Source of the DNA: a virus
Lineage: Duplodnaviria > Caudoviricetes
DNA length: 58,612 nt
IMG/VR virus record: IMGVR_UViG_3300027833_000058
Coordinates: 1-58,612 of that record
Reading direction: 5' to 3' (one strand)
Both the position numbers and the translations under genes were made by a program. Of the stretch, positions 56,480 through 58,612 are shown piece by piece. Positions within the stretch are counted from its first letter, which is position 1. Each line of letters opens with the position of its first letter. The notes under the pieces are model-generated. The model was not told the origin of the DNA. It did not search any database and saw only the letters and a program-made list of their open reading frames with translations.

Positions 56480-58179
56480 AAAGAATTATATTTACTATAT
56501 TTGATGATATTGATTCTGGCACAGATCGGTGGGGTGTTGCAGACGCTGCGAAACATATGCATAACGAGTACTTTGACAAACTTGTGGCAAACAAAGAAGA
56601 GTATGCTAATAGCTTAATTAATGTAGAATTTAAATTATATCATAACACAATGAATGATTTTGATGTTGCTGGCGAGTTAGAGTTTACTAAAGTTAATCTA
56701 TATAAACACCATCTTATGGCTAAGTTGGCTGAAGAATATGACGAAGTAATGTATGTTGATATGGATGTTCTTTTTAATACAGACGAAAACGTGTTTGACG
56801 AATTAGATTTAAATAACGGCATTCATATTATAGACCAGGACGACGCAGTTGAAAATAAAAATGTTGATGAAGTAATATTTAAAATGATTGGGCTGAGAAA
56901 TCCAACGTTAAAGTACCACATTACAAAAGATTTATTGAATGGTAAAGAAAATCATGTAATGAACACTGGTATTGTGATCGGTAAAAGCGAACATATCAAA
57001 CAAATTAAGTTTATTGAACGTCTTCCAGGTATTATCGAAAAGATTAATAAGCTTAAAGAATCACATACTGTTTATTTAAGAGCACATTATTATCCAAACA
57101 ATGAATCAGTATTTTCGTATATAATGGAAGAATATAATATACCATATGTTATTATGGATAAAGAATGGAATTATATTGTAGACCACTATCCAAACGAAAT
57201 AGATCCTAACGCAAAGATATATCACTTCATAAATAAAAAGTTTAATGCATTCTTTAAAGATAAGACTCAAGCAATCTTTTCTATATACATTGATATTCCC
57301 GATGAAGATTTAGACTCTCCTTCTGATTTTAAAGATGATGAGGTACCTAAAAGTAAACGCACAAAAGAAAGATTCGCAAAATATAAAGACCGATTGGAAA
57401 ACAACCATAAAGAATATGCTAATGCAATTAATGCTGAATATTTAATATTCGGTAGAGATAAACAATACGAAGATTTTAAATCTAGGTTTCCTATGTTATC
57501 CGAGTATGATGTTATTAATTTATATAAGATATACTTGTTAGATAAGTTAGTTAACGAATATGATTTAGTTATGTATATTGATATGGATGTTTATTTCAGA
57601 CGTAATATTAATGTATTCAATTACGTTCCATGCGAAAGCATTTGGTGTTGTATGTATGAAACACCGGAAGCTGCTGGTGTTATGTTTAATAGTAGTGCGT
57701 ATTTGAAATGGTACAGGCATGACTTTAGAAATCCAGAGTCTAAGTTTTGGAATGCACATGCTCTTTTAACTGAAGAAGATTTAGATACTAATGATTTAGT
57801 TATCTTTAATACCGGTGTTATAATGTCGAGTAAAAGAGTAATGGATAAGATTGATTACTTTTCTGATATTGACAAAGTTATTGAAACAATGACTGAAGTA
57901 AAAGAATACTCTATGTATACTGATAAAATTAGAGATTCATTTGGATATGATAACGAAACTATTATGTCATACAAGGTTTGTAAAAATGAAGTACCAATAT
58001 ATGATATGCCAAAATGGTGGCATCATAAAAATCATTATTGGAGCAAGAAATCTTTTGATCCAACTCACAGAGATTACACATTAGCAAAACACGAATATGA
58101 TTCGAAAACAAAACAAGCAAATTCTGTTATAATACATTTTATCTCTAAACATTTTGAGTTAGCTTTTGATGAAAACTAA
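56476..58179 (+). CDS. Tandem-domain glycosyltransferase (GT-A)
   Basis: Two copies of Y.DMDV...RNP..K...NTG...NE.V/I.SY...HFI. Confidence 0.7.
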   Translation: MKRIIFTIFDDIDSGTDRWGVADAAKHMHNEYFDKLVANKEEYANSLINVEFKLYHNTMNDFDVAGELEFTKVNLYKHHLMAKLAEEYDEVMYVDMDVLFNTDENVFDELDLNNGIHIIDQDDAVENKNVDEVIFKMIGLRNPTLKYHITKDLLNGKENHVMNTGIVIGKSEHIKQIKFIERLPGIIEKINKLKESHTVYLRAHYYPNNESVFSYIMEEYNIPYVIMDKEWNYIVDHYPNEIDPNAKIYHFINKKFNAFFKDKTQAIFSIYIDIPDEDLDSPSDFKDDEVPKSKRTKERFAKYKDRLENNHKEYANAINAEYLIFGRDKQYEDFKSRFPMLSEYDVINLYKIYLLDKLVNEYDLVMYIDMDVYFRRNINVFNYVPCESIWCCMYETPEAAGVMFNSSAYLKWYRHDFRNPESKFWNAHALLTEEDLDTNDLVIFNTGVIMSSKRVMDKIDYFSDIDKVIETMTEVKEYSMYTDKIRDSFGYDNETIMSYKVCKNEVPIYDMPKWWHHKNHYWSKKSFDPTHRDYTLAKHEYDSKTKQANSVIIHFISKHFELAFDEN

Positions 58180-58612
58180 ATTCACATTATGGTTTAACCC
58201 AAAAGTAAATGTTACTGATAGTTTGTTTTGTAATGTATTAAAAAAATATGACTTAGACTTACTTGGTGTTGAAATAAAACAACTCTTCTCGCATAGCAAG
58301 GTTGACTCTGCTCACACTAATCTATACATGATATCTGTAGTAAGCAAATATTATAGTCGTACTCGAAGTATAGATGAATTTGATTTTACAGGCGATGAAA
58401 CCTTTATTGATATGGCTACTAATAAAGGAATACGATGTATCATTGATTATTCGTGGGAAGCATCTAGCGTTAAGGCTATAACTAGCTATAAGTTTTGGAA
58501 ACGCAACGAACGAATAATACAAGATTATGATATTCAATTTTTGAGTAATACATCATCTGATATTAATCATAAACTAAATTCTGGGAAAGACTTCTTCCTA
58601 AACTTTCCAATG
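58169..58612 (+). CDS. Partial CDS, hypothetical
   Basis: Frame from ATG 58169 (MKTKFTLWFNPK...) is open to the window end. Confidence 0.65.
   Translation, partial: MKTKFTLWFNPKVNVTDSLFCNVLKKYDLDLLGVEIKQLFSHSKVDSAHTNLYMISVVSKYYSRTRSIDEFDFTGDETFIDMATNKGIRCIIDYSWEASSVKAITSYKFWKRNERIIQDYDIQFLSNTSSDINHKLNSGKDFFLNFPM

Overview
AT-rich segment of a large T4-like myovirus genome, most likely infecting marine Alphaproteobacteria such as Roseobacter/Rhodobacterales. The host inference rests on a permuted two-piece tmRNA, an alpha-type AtpE, pseudoazurin, DUF1127 and a HemO/PcyX cassette. T4 core genes present: gp67-like, gp41, UvsX, gp32, gp59, gp33, gp43, gp46, gp47, gp55, UvsW, UvsY, gp3, topoisomerase gp39+60 and gp52, and a GroES-like co-chaperonin. 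Many TATAAATA late promoters and sigma70-type early promoters are visible. Accessory content: (i) putative capsid-packaged proteins with T4-like capsid-targeting N-termini, including a (p)ppGpp-hydrolase-like HD protein, a nucleotidyltransferase, a ligase-like protein and a nuclease-like protein; (ii) a DUF1127 / ATP-synthase c-subunit / pseudoazurin cassette whose c subunit has lost its F1-coupling loop; (iii) a late-expressed operon of exported proteins resembling a minimal pilus/secretion module, with an unannotated metallothionein-like peptide; (iv) four tRNAs, one with a non-canonical anticodon loop, plus several structured ncRNA candidates; (v) a virion-protein / radical SAM / glycosyltransferase / methyltransferase cluster. 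All calls come from reading motifs by eye; no searches were run.
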